DNA of 64,000 nt from sequence record KT184315.1, one strand, 5' to 3'. The notes under the pieces were generated by a model, which saw nothing but the letters and a program-made list of their open reading frames with translations, did no database searches and was not told the DNA's origin. The position numbers and the translations under genes are program-made. Positions 56,292 through 64,000 of the stretch are shown here, one piece after another. Every line of letters starts with the position of its first letter. The stretch's first letter is position 1. The DNA comes from Enterobacteria phage KhF3.

Positions 56292-58991
56292 ATGGAAAAC
56301 ATAGATTTTAAAAACTTACATTTAGTTGGTGATACAGAAACTGATGGTTTACTCCTTGAGTTCACTAAAGTGCACGTAATGGCTTTCGCAGACTATAAAT
56401 CTGACGATGAAGAGCCACCTGTATGGGTCTTTACAGATGAGCCTATCCTCGGTCACAAATACACCAAGTACATCAAAGGCGGTTTACGTGAAGGTATTGA
56501 GTTTGCGTTAAAGGCAAAACGACTTTGCATCCATAATGGTCTGGGTTATGACTGGTGGGTTTTCAATCACATTGCACCTGATTTGTGGAACTTTGATAAT
56601 CCAAAGTGTAAACCGTGGAGTAATTTCTTTCAGGATTCTCTTATCCAGTCTCGTGTTCAGTGGATGGATAGACCAACCCCAAAAGGTTATAAGGGTGCTC
56701 ATGGCTTGGCTGCATGGGGTGCTCGTGTTGGTGTTCGTAAGCCAGAGATTGAGCATTGGGGTGTTTGGAATGCAGAAATCTTCACTCGTGTTGTAGAAGA
56801 TATCCGTATTAACGCCAAAACTAAACGTGCACTGGATAATGAATATCTCAAGCTGAAGAAGTGTGGCGTAGATACTTATGAAACCTACATGCGAGCTAAA
56901 GAAACATCTTTCTGGATGAGTCAACAAGCTATCAATGGTTGGAAAGCTGATAAGGAGCTTATGGAGTTCCATGTAAAGGAGCTTGACAAGTTGACTAATG
57001 AGCTTGCTTCAGAAGTTGAACCACACCTTCCACCAACTATTAAGACCAAAGGTAAAGTCACTGGAGAAGAATTTGCAAAAGCTTGGAATGAGTATGTTGA
57101 AGCATTCGGTCATGCAGATGGACTGAAGAGGATTACCAAGTACCCTAAGACAAAGTATCGTCAGCAGGTACGTAATGGTGAGATGCAGACATATGAAATC
57201 AAGCCATTTGGTAAGCCAACTACAAAGATTTTTAACATTGAAAAGAGAAATTGCTATACACCAACCAACTCTGTAACTGGTGAAGAGTACAAGGAAGGCT
57301 TTGTAGCAATGAAGGATGCTCGTGCAATTTGCAATGAGTTGAATGCAAAGATTGGTAAGAAATGCAAAGACTGGAAGCCAGTAAAAACAGTCAAAACTGT
57401 GAAGTACTATAACAGCCACGTTGTTAACCACTTTGAACTTGAGTCAAGTCGCTACACAGGTTTGATTGATGCACCATATACACCAATTGAGTTTGAAGTT
57501 TCTCGTATGACTCAGGTAGCAGTTGTTAAAGACTACTTGAAATCAGTTGGTTGGATTCCAGATGACTGGAACTACAAGAAAGACTCAGATGGTCGCCCTG
57601 TCAAAGTTTGTCGTTTCAAAGACAATAAAAAGATGATTACAAAGCATCCTAAGTGGCAGGAAATGGTTGAGCGGTGTGGTTTGAGTTATGTTGAACATGA
57701 AGGTGTACAGTACATCGAGCATAACTGGTCTGTGAAGAAATACACAGATTTGCTTGAGCCTTGCTTAATCCGTACTTCACCAAAACTTACTGAATCATCT
57801 TATGATACGATTGAAGGTGAGCTTGGACAGAAGATTGCTAAGTACTATACTTTGATGCACCGACGCAGAACTATTGAGAACTCAAAGGATGATGAAAAAG
57901 GTTGGTTGAACCAGATTCGTCCTGATGGTCGCCTTAGTGCTGGCGCAATGGTGTTTGGTACTTCAACTGGACGTATGACACAATATGGTATTGTAAACGT
58001 ACCGTCTGGTGCTGCTGTCTATGGGGAACCAATGAGGGCAGTGTGGATTTGTGAGGAAGGTACTAACGTTGTCTCTGTAGATATGAACTCAGCCCAGCTA
58101 GTTCTTCTTTGTAACTTTATGGGTGATAAAGAGTTCACCAAAGCGGTAACGCAAGGTAAAGAAGAGATTGAGTTTATTCGTCAAGAAGATGGACGCTATT
58201 ACTGCAAACATTTTGATGAGTACCTCAACCCAGAGATTGATAAGTACCTTCGCTATGACTCTGAGAATGACCTGTACGTTGTCTATTCAGGGACTGATGC
58301 ACATACACTGAACAGTATTTACTTTAGCTTGAATGATGAGCAGGACATCTTGACTTGTCGAGCTACTCAGGATGAGAATCTTCTTCATGAGATTAGTAAA
58401 GGTCGTAAGAAAGCTAAGAATGGTATCTATGCACTGCTGTTTGGTGCAGGGGATGAGAAGTTTGCTAAGACGATTAAAGCTGCAACTACTCAGGAAGGTG
58501 CACTGACTAAACAAACTTACTTTATACGTTTGCCTAAAATTAAGAAGCTGTTAGATGACTTGGAAGCTGACTACAAAGCGACTAAAAAGGCACTTGAAGA
58601 GGTGTTTGGTAAGACTGCTGCAATCTCTAAAGGGGGTTTTGTAAAGGTTGCTGGAGCTTGGTTGTGGTGTAAATCTCCACACAAACTGTTGAACTACCTT
58701 TTGATGGGTTCAGAGGCCCAGATTCAAAATGAGGCAATTAACCTTGCTTGTCGTCGCATGATTGACGAAGGGTTGATGAAGCTAAATGGGCGTAAACCAG
58801 CTATAGGTGCTCGCTTATTGTGCGCATATCACGATGAGACTAGCTGGGAATGTCCAGAGAGTATGACGGCAGAAGTAAAAGCAGTTACTGATTGGTATTA
58901 CGGGCAAGCTTCTAAGAACTTAGGTCTTAAGAAAGAAACACTTGTAACTGGTACAGGTAAGGTTGGAAAGAGTTGGCTTGAGGTTCACTGA
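56292..58991 (+). CDS. DNA polymerase, family A, with 3-prime to 5-prime exonuclease domain
   Basis: Exo motif DTETDG at N-terminus, polymerase motif C YHDE near C-terminus; ATG 56292 with AGGGAG RBS (track start 56262 lacks RBS). Confidence 0.85.
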   Translation: MENIDFKNLHLVGDTETDGLLLEFTKVHVMAFADYKSDDEEPPVWVFTDEPILGHKYTKYIKGGLREGIEFALKAKRLCIHNGLGYDWWVFNHIAPDLWNFDNPKCKPWSNFFQDSLIQSRVQWMDRPTPKGYKGAHGLAAWGARVGVRKPEIEHWGVWNAEIFTRVVEDIRINAKTKRALDNEYLKLKKCGVDTYETYMRAKETSFWMSQQAINGWKADKELMEFHVKELDKLTNELASEVEPHLPPTIKTKGKVTGEEFAKAWNEYVEAFGHADGLKRITKYPKTKYRQQVRNGEMQTYEIKPFGKPTTKIFNIEKRNCYTPTNSVTGEEYKEGFVAMKDARAICNELNAKIGKKCKDWKPVKTVKTVKYYNSHVVNHFELESSRYTGLIDAPYTPIEFEVSRMTQVAVVKDYLKSVGWIPDDWNYKKDSDGRPVKVCRFKDNKKMITKHPKWQEMVERCGLSYVEHEGVQYIEHNWSVKKYTDLLEPCLIRTSPKLTESSYDTIEGELGQKIAKYYTLMHRRRTIENSKDDEKGWLNQIRPDGRLSAGAMVFGTSTGRMTQYGIVNVPSGAAVYGEPMRAVWICEEGTNVVSVDMNSAQLVLLCNFMGDKEFTKAVTQGKEEIEFIRQEDGRYYCKHFDEYLNPEIDKYLRYDSENDLYVVYSGTDAHTLNSIYFSLNDEQDILTCRATQDENLLHEISKGRKKAKNGIYALLFGAGDEKFAKTIKAATTQEGALTKQTYFIRLPKIKKLLDDLEADYKATKKALEEVFGKTAAISKGGFVKVAGAWLWCKSPHKLLNYLLMGSEAQIQNEAINLACRRMIDEGLMKLNGRKPAIGARLLCAYHDETSWECPESMTAEVKAVTDWYYGQASKNLGLKKETLVTGTGKVGKSWLEVH

Positions 58992-59052
58992 TTAGTATTG
59001 ACAAGGTTCTCATGGAAGAGTACCTTATACTGTATCTTATATAGGAGGGCTT

Positions 59053-59262
59053 ATGAGCCACCGTGGAAGAACTCATGCAGCAATGATGAAAGGTGCTTCA
59101 AAGGAGACTATCAAGAATCGTAAGCAAAAGTTGTTTGAGAGAATGAATAGACTCATTGATAACACTTCCCTGTCTGGTGGTGAGAAAGTTTTCCTTAAAA
59201 GTAACCTTAAAAGCATTGCACAAGAACTTATAGACATTGAATATTGGAGATATCAAAAATGA
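59053..59262 (+). CDS. hypothetical protein
   Basis: 69-aa ORF. Confidence 0.45.
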   Translation: MSHRGRTHAAMMKGASKETIKNRKQKLFERMNRLIDNTSLSGGEKVFLKSNLKSIAQELIDIEYWRYQK

Positions 59263-59477
59263 CACTTGCAGACGTTATTCAGCAACTTCATGATAACTGC
59301 TATACTCCAGAGCTGATTCAGGAGATGTGCATTGTAGTCATGCCTAGTAGGTTCGTAAAAACCTTTAACAGCGACACTTTAAGGTCTGCACACATTCTTA
59401 TTGTTGAAGGTAAGATTGCAAAAGACCGTACTGGAGTACTCAAAGGTGAACGTATTGATATTCTGGAGTTGCTATGA
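59259..59477 (+). CDS. hypothetical protein
   Basis: ATGA overlap with upstream stop, GGAGA RBS. Confidence 0.45.
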   Translation: MTLADVIQQLHDNCYTPELIQEMCIVVMPSRFVKTFNSDTLRSAHILIVEGKIAKDRTGVLKGERIDILELL

Positions 59478-59609
59478 AGAAAATGTACAGTCTCTGGGGG
59501 AGGGTTGGTAAAGGGTTTGACTGGACACTTCTTCGTTCAAACGTTAAACGTAGTGAATTACCAGAACTCATCACTCACTATTTAAAAACATACAGAGAGG
59601 TAGATTATC

Positions 59610-59870
59610 GTGAACAATAAGGTTAAGAGTTGTGTGAAAGCAATGGTTGCACTTGGAGTAATTTTTCTGGCTGGCTGTAACCCATCTTATGAAAACAAAG
59701 ATGCCTCTTACAGCCTCCCTCCAGAGATGCAAGACTGCAAAATCTACAAACTCAATGGGGATGCTATAAGCAGGGATATTGTTGTTGTCAGATGCCCAAA
59801 CTCTCAAACAACAACATCTTATAGATATGGCAAAAATGGTCAATCACACACTACTGTTATTGATGGATGA
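59610..59870 (+). CDS. putative lipoprotein
   Basis: Signal peptide with lipobox LAGC; GTG start with GAGAGG RBS. Confidence 0.5.
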   Translation: MNNKVKSCVKAMVALGVIFLAGCNPSYENKDASYSLPPEMQDCKIYKLNGDAISRDIVVVRCPNSQTTTSYRYGKNGQSHTTVIDG

Positions 59871-59877
59871 GACTAAT

Positions 59878-60084
59878 ATGCAAGTTTTAGTACACTATAT
59901 CTACTGCTACGATGTTGTTTATTCCACTGCAACCGTGGCTCAACGTAACCCAATCGTACCGCGAGAAGGTGAATTGGTTCGCATTGAGGGTTGGACTTAC
60001 ACTGTGGAAAACATCATTCATAGGTTTGATGTTGCTGGTGATGTTCAAGTTATTGACGTAGAGATTGGTGGTAAGAGAAAATGA
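59878..60084 (+). CDS. hypothetical protein
   Basis: In-frame ATG 59878 avoids overlap of track start 59779. Confidence 0.4.
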   Translation: MQVLVHYIYCYDVVYSTATVAQRNPIVPREGELVRIEGWTYTVENIIHRFDVAGDVQVIDVEIGGKRK

Positions 60085-60272
60085 ACAAAGAAGATAAGCA
60101 TAAAAATGCTGTACGGACTCCTGATGGAAAGGTTCAATCCTTCATCCTGACAGTTGGTGGAAAGCCGTTTCGTTGCCACTGCGGAGCAAACTGTTTTCAT
60201 AAACCAGATAAAAATAACTTAGAGCTTTACGCATGTAATGCTTGCAATACTTGGTATCACTCAGAGGATTGA
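60081..60272 (+). CDS. zinc-finger small protein
   Basis: CHC ... C and CNAC Cys pairs in 63 aa. Confidence 0.45.
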   Translation: MNKEDKHKNAVRTPDGKVQSFILTVGGKPFRCHCGANCFHKPDKNNLELYACNACNTWYHSED

Positions 60273-60274
60273 TT

Positions 60275-60799
60275 ATGATTGACAATAGGCGCAGAAATAT
60301 AATCATCAAAAACTTCCGCGAAGTGTCGCAAAATTTAAGACTAGATGATGTCAGACTTAGGAAATCTTGGTATGACATGAAGGTATTAGAATATTCTAAA
60401 AATCAGCCAATTAAGTTATCTATCTTAGAACATTGGTATACAAACTTTGCAACACCTGAAAATCATAATAAATTATACAAAAACTATGTAGATGTTTGTA
60501 AAAAGTTTGGTGTAGCAATAGTCGACGACAGTATTGGATTGCTTTATGACCTGTACACAAGGTTCTCTGAATATGCTTTTAATGTTCAGTTCAAGAACTA
60601 CTTAAAGTATGATGATGGTTCATTAAAGTTGTACAACTATGGTTATGGAAAACTAGCCTGCAAACAAGATGATGGTTCTTTTATAGACTTCTACACAGGG
60701 GTTTTTGTGTACTTACCTGAACAGTGTATGTCACTATCTGATTTAGCAGTCTCACAATTTGGTATCTTTATTCCAGTAAAATCACACATGCTAAGGTAA
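60275..60799 (+). CDS. hypothetical protein
   Basis: In-frame ATG 60275 directly after upstream stop. Confidence 0.45.
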   Translation: MIDNRRRNIIIKNFREVSQNLRLDDVRLRKSWYDMKVLEYSKNQPIKLSILEHWYTNFATPENHNKLYKNYVDVCKKFGVAIVDDSIGLLYDLYTRFSEYAFNVQFKNYLKYDDGSLKLYNYGYGKLACKQDDGSFIDFYTGVFVYLPEQCMSLSDLAVSQFGIFIPVKSHMLR

Positions 60800-60804
60800 T
60801 TTGA

Positions 60805-61905
60805 ATGACAATTCTATACAAACAAAATAAAGATGGCTCTTTTAACGTCTGGTCATGTGTCGCTGTAGGTGACAAAGTTATTACAACCTATGGTAAAGAA
60901 AATGGCAAGATGATGTTTGAAGAGTATACAGCAGAACCTAAAAACATCGGTAAAAAGAATGAGCGTAACGCTGAACAGCAAGCTCTCTTTGAAGTTGCTG
61001 CTAAGTATAAAAAGCAAGTTGACCGTAAAGGTTATGCTTACACAAAAGAGTCTGCACAGAATACTGAAAAGGTAGGTGTACAGCTTGCTCATGATGCTGC
61101 AAAGGTTAGTCACGCAAAGTATCTGAAGTTCCCTGCTGATGCTCAACCGAAACTTGATGGTGTCCGTTGTAGGATTTCAAGAGATGCTGATTTAGTTAAC
61201 TTCACGGCTTATTCTCGTGAGAATACTATTTACAACGTCCCAGAAGAACTAATCCCAGATTTGCTTTTGTTGCTTAAATTGCATCCACAAGTAGAAGACT
61301 TTGATGGTGAGATTTATGCTCATGGTTGGGACTTAGAAGATATTGTGTCTATGATTAAGAATGCTGACAATCCAGACCGACATCTACTCCAGTTCTACTG
61401 GTACGATATCTGTGACAGCGCTAAGACGTGGCCTGAGCGTAGAGATATTATTGAGACTTCACCATTGAATGACTTTAGAGATGGCTGTAAAGTTGTTCCT
61501 GTTAAGTCTCGTCGTGTAAATTCTTGGGAAGAGTTTGATGAAGCCCATGATAAGTGGGTTGAAGCTAAGTTTGAAGGTGCAATGTACCGTTCAATCTCTG
61601 AAGACTCCTTCTATGAGTGTGGTCACCGTTCATACTTCTTGATTAAGCACAAGAAGATGCACACTGAAGAATTTAAAGTGACTGGTGTAAAGACTGATAA
61701 ACGTGGTCATGGCAAGTTCGTTGTAGAGACTCTTCCTAACGTCTTTGTAGATGTCTCATGGAAGACTACTCATGAGAAGAAACAGTATCTTGCTGAACAT
61801 CCTGAAGAGTTTATCGGGAAACCTTTGACGGTTCAGTTCCAGAAGATGACTCGTAAAGGTTCTTTACAGTTCCCTGTTGGGTTAGTTATTAGGGATTATG
61901 AATAA
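60805..61905 (+). CDS. ATP-dependent DNA ligase
   Basis: Adenylation motif KLDGVR. Confidence 0.75.
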   Translation: MTILYKQNKDGSFNVWSCVAVGDKVITTYGKENGKMMFEEYTAEPKNIGKKNERNAEQQALFEVAAKYKKQVDRKGYAYTKESAQNTEKVGVQLAHDAAKVSHAKYLKFPADAQPKLDGVRCRISRDADLVNFTAYSRENTIYNVPEELIPDLLLLLKLHPQVEDFDGEIYAHGWDLEDIVSMIKNADNPDRHLLQFYWYDICDSAKTWPERRDIIETSPLNDFRDGCKVVPVKSRRVNSWEEFDEAHDKWVEAKFEGAMYRSISEDSFYECGHRSYFLIKHKKMHTEEFKVTGVKTDKRGHGKFVVETLPNVFVDVSWKTTHEKKQYLAEHPEEFIGKPLTVQFQKMTRKGSLQFPVGLVIRDYE

Positions 61906-61908
61906 ACT

Positions 61909-62055
61909 ATGTTCAGTACAGTCATTCTGTTTATACTGGTTGTCTTTGTATTGTCATACGTTGCAAGTAAGCTTTTGGACACATCTTTTGCAATGGGTGT
62001 CTTGTTTACAATCTTTTGTTTCGTGACACATATAGCTATCAGAACTTTTTTATAA
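61909..62055 (+). CDS. small hydrophobic peptide (48 aa, not in ORF track)
   Basis: ATG 3 nt after ligase stop; two predicted membrane helices; weak RBS. Confidence 0.3.
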   Translation: MFSTVILFILVVFVLSYVASKLLDTSFAMGVLFTIFCFVTHIAIRTFL

Positions 62056-62062
62056 AAAGTTG

Positions 62063-62090
62063 TTGACATAGAAAATTTGGTGAGTATACT
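62063..62090 (+). promoter_or_regulatory. sigma70-like promoter
   Basis: TTGACA, 16 nt, TATACT; followed by 10-bp inverted repeat CATCACTTAA / TTAAGTGATG at 62121-62159. Confidence 0.55.
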
Positions 62091-62120
62091 GAGCAGCATA
62101 AACCAACGGGTACTCACCAG

Positions 62121-62430
62121 CATCACTTAAGAGTCTTCTAAGAGGGTTTTTAAGTGATGTGAGGTATGGTAGTGTTCTGTTCGGTACGGTGTGGCACGGT
62201 AATGCTAGGTCTGGTCAGGTCGGGTCAGGTGCGGTACAGTATGGGTAGTTAGTCTCATCTACATTAAAATGAGACTTACCTTTTTAAAAGGTCTTTAAGA
62301 GGGTTTTTTAATGAGGTAGGGTAAAGTAATGTTTGGTCTGGTTTGGTAAGGCGCGGTCTGGTTTGGTAAGGTAAGGTTCGGTATGGTATGGGTGGATGGT
62401 AGTAGCCACGTTAAAAATCTACCAAGTTTC
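62121..62430 (+). repeat. two tandem units: conserved block, GGT-rich tract, hairpin
   Basis: Blocks TAAGAGGGTTTTT, GGT-periodic tracts (GGTATGGT, GGTCTGGT, GGTAAGG), hairpins AGTCTCAT ... ATGAGACT + T5 at 62251-62286 and GGTAG ... CTACC at 62398-62423. Confidence 0.7.
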
Positions 62431-62481
62431 TAAAGAGTCTTCTGTTGAGGGTTCTTTACAAACAACTTAACAATCAACTAA

Positions 62482-63087
<606 letters not shown>

Positions 63088-63089
63088 TT

Positions 63090-63530
63090 ATGAATACAAA
63101 AGCATTAGCAGCAAAGTTTAGTTACGGTGACACTGTATCACATTCTGAGATGGATACCTTCTTAGGTATTGTGAAGCCAACTTATCAAGGTGACATTGTT
63201 AAGTACGAAGATGAAATGAAGGCTTATGCACTTACACGACTAAACCGACTTGAGAAGTTTATTGAAAAGCTTCTTAAAGAAGAGAAGATTTATCTGGTTG
63301 CTTCAATGGGTGTTGGTTATCGTGTGGTTGAGCCTAAACATCAAGCAACTATTGCAAAACGTAAAATGTCTGGTAAAATTGGTCGTGCTTTAAAGCAAGC
63401 TACTCAAGCAATTGAGAATGTGAACACTATGGCACTTAGCCACCAAGAACGTTCACGACTAATTGAACAGCAAAACCACTTAGCTGCTATGAAAGCTAAC
63501 ATTAACAAGCAACGCAGAAAACCTTTCTAA
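63090..63530 (+). CDS. hypothetical protein
   Basis: 146-aa ORF. Confidence 0.5.
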   Translation: MNTKALAAKFSYGDTVSHSEMDTFLGIVKPTYQGDIVKYEDEMKAYALTRLNRLEKFIEKLLKEEKIYLVASMGVGYRVVEPKHQATIAKRKMSGKIGRALKQATQAIENVNTMALSHQERSRLIEQQNHLAAMKANINKQRRKPF

Positions 63531-63542
63531 GTTGACTAGGTA

Positions 63543-63566
63543 GCCTCTTCGGAGGCTCCTTTTTAA
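63543..63566 (+). terminator. rho-independent terminator
   Basis: GCCTC-TTCG-GAGGC followed by TCCTTTTT. Confidence 0.7.
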
Positions 63567-63815
63567 AAGGTCTTTAAGAGGGTCTTTTAATGAGGTAGTA
63601 TACGGTATGGTGGGGTAGGGTGAGGTCTGGTTTGGTAAGGTAGGGTCTGGTATGGGTAGTTAGTCTCAGCTACATTAAAATGAGACTTACCTTTTTAAAA
63701 GGTCTTTAAAAGGGTCTTTTAACAAGGTATTGTATGGTGTAGTTTGGTTAGGTATGGTTAGGTGTGGTAAGGTAAGGTATGGAAGGATGGCAGTAGCCTT
63801 ATAAAAAATCTGCCA
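63565..63815 (+). repeat. two further tandem units of the GGT-rich repeat family
   Basis: AAAAGGTCTTTAAGAGGGTCTTTT blocks, GGT-rich tracts, hairpins AGTCTCAG ... ATGAGACT and GGCAG ... CTGCC. Confidence 0.7.
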
Positions 63816-63833
63816 AATAAGCTATAAAATCTG

Positions 63834-63862
63834 TTGACAAGTCAGGTGTTATAGCTTATTTT
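63834..63862 (+). promoter_or_regulatory. candidate promoter
   Basis: TTGACA, 17 nt, TATTTT (weak -10; TATACT lies 6 nt further). Confidence 0.4.
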
Positions 63863-63906
63863 TATACTCAATGTAATACAAAATTTAATATAACTTTGAG
63901 GTCATT

Positions 63907-64000
63907 ATGAAAAAGATTTTATTAGCTGCTGCAATGGTTATGGCAATGAATTTACCAGTCAATGCAACAGAACTTCCAAATGTGGACTTATCAGGTGTTC
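63907..64000 (+). CDS. secreted protein, partial (runs off window end)
   Basis: ATG with GAGGT RBS; N-terminal signal-peptide-like MKKILLAAAMVMAMNLPVNA. Confidence 0.5.
   Translation, partial: MKKILLAAAMVMAMNLPVNATELPNVDLSGV

Overview
This 64-kb window looks like part of a virulent, AT-rich tailed dsDNA phage genome; no integrase or attachment site was seen. All calls are made by eye from the sequence and the ORF track, without any search or folding tool. Layout: (1) minus strand 1-11204 carries the terminase large subunit, a putative portal gene, a 27-gene tRNA array (3923-9170) with structured spacer elements, and a vWA-domain gene. (2) Plus strand 11453-19062 carries an Ig-like repeat protein, a T4-type lysozyme and small ORFs. 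(3) 19101-20676 is a 1.6-kb repeat-dense non-coding region between convergent terminators. (4) Minus strand 20741-56034 carries about 15 small early genes separated by reiterated promoter/hairpin/RBS cassettes, then a macro-domain protein, a spanin pair, rIIA/rIIB-like genes, a NAMPT-like plus PRPP-synthetase-like pair, class III and class I ribonucleotide reductases, a GIY-YIG endonuclease, and T7-like replication genes. (5) Plus strand 56292-64000 carries a family A DNA polymerase, an ATP-dependent ligase and small ORFs flanked by GGT-rich tandem repeat units. The ORF track uses GTG/TTG starts; several N-termini were moved to an in-frame ATG with a ribosome-binding site. The most novel candidates are the tRNA-spacer element family with a tRNA-like module, three short-variable-arm tRNAs with Leu anticodons, the reiterated early-gene cassettes, and the repeat-rich non-coding regions.
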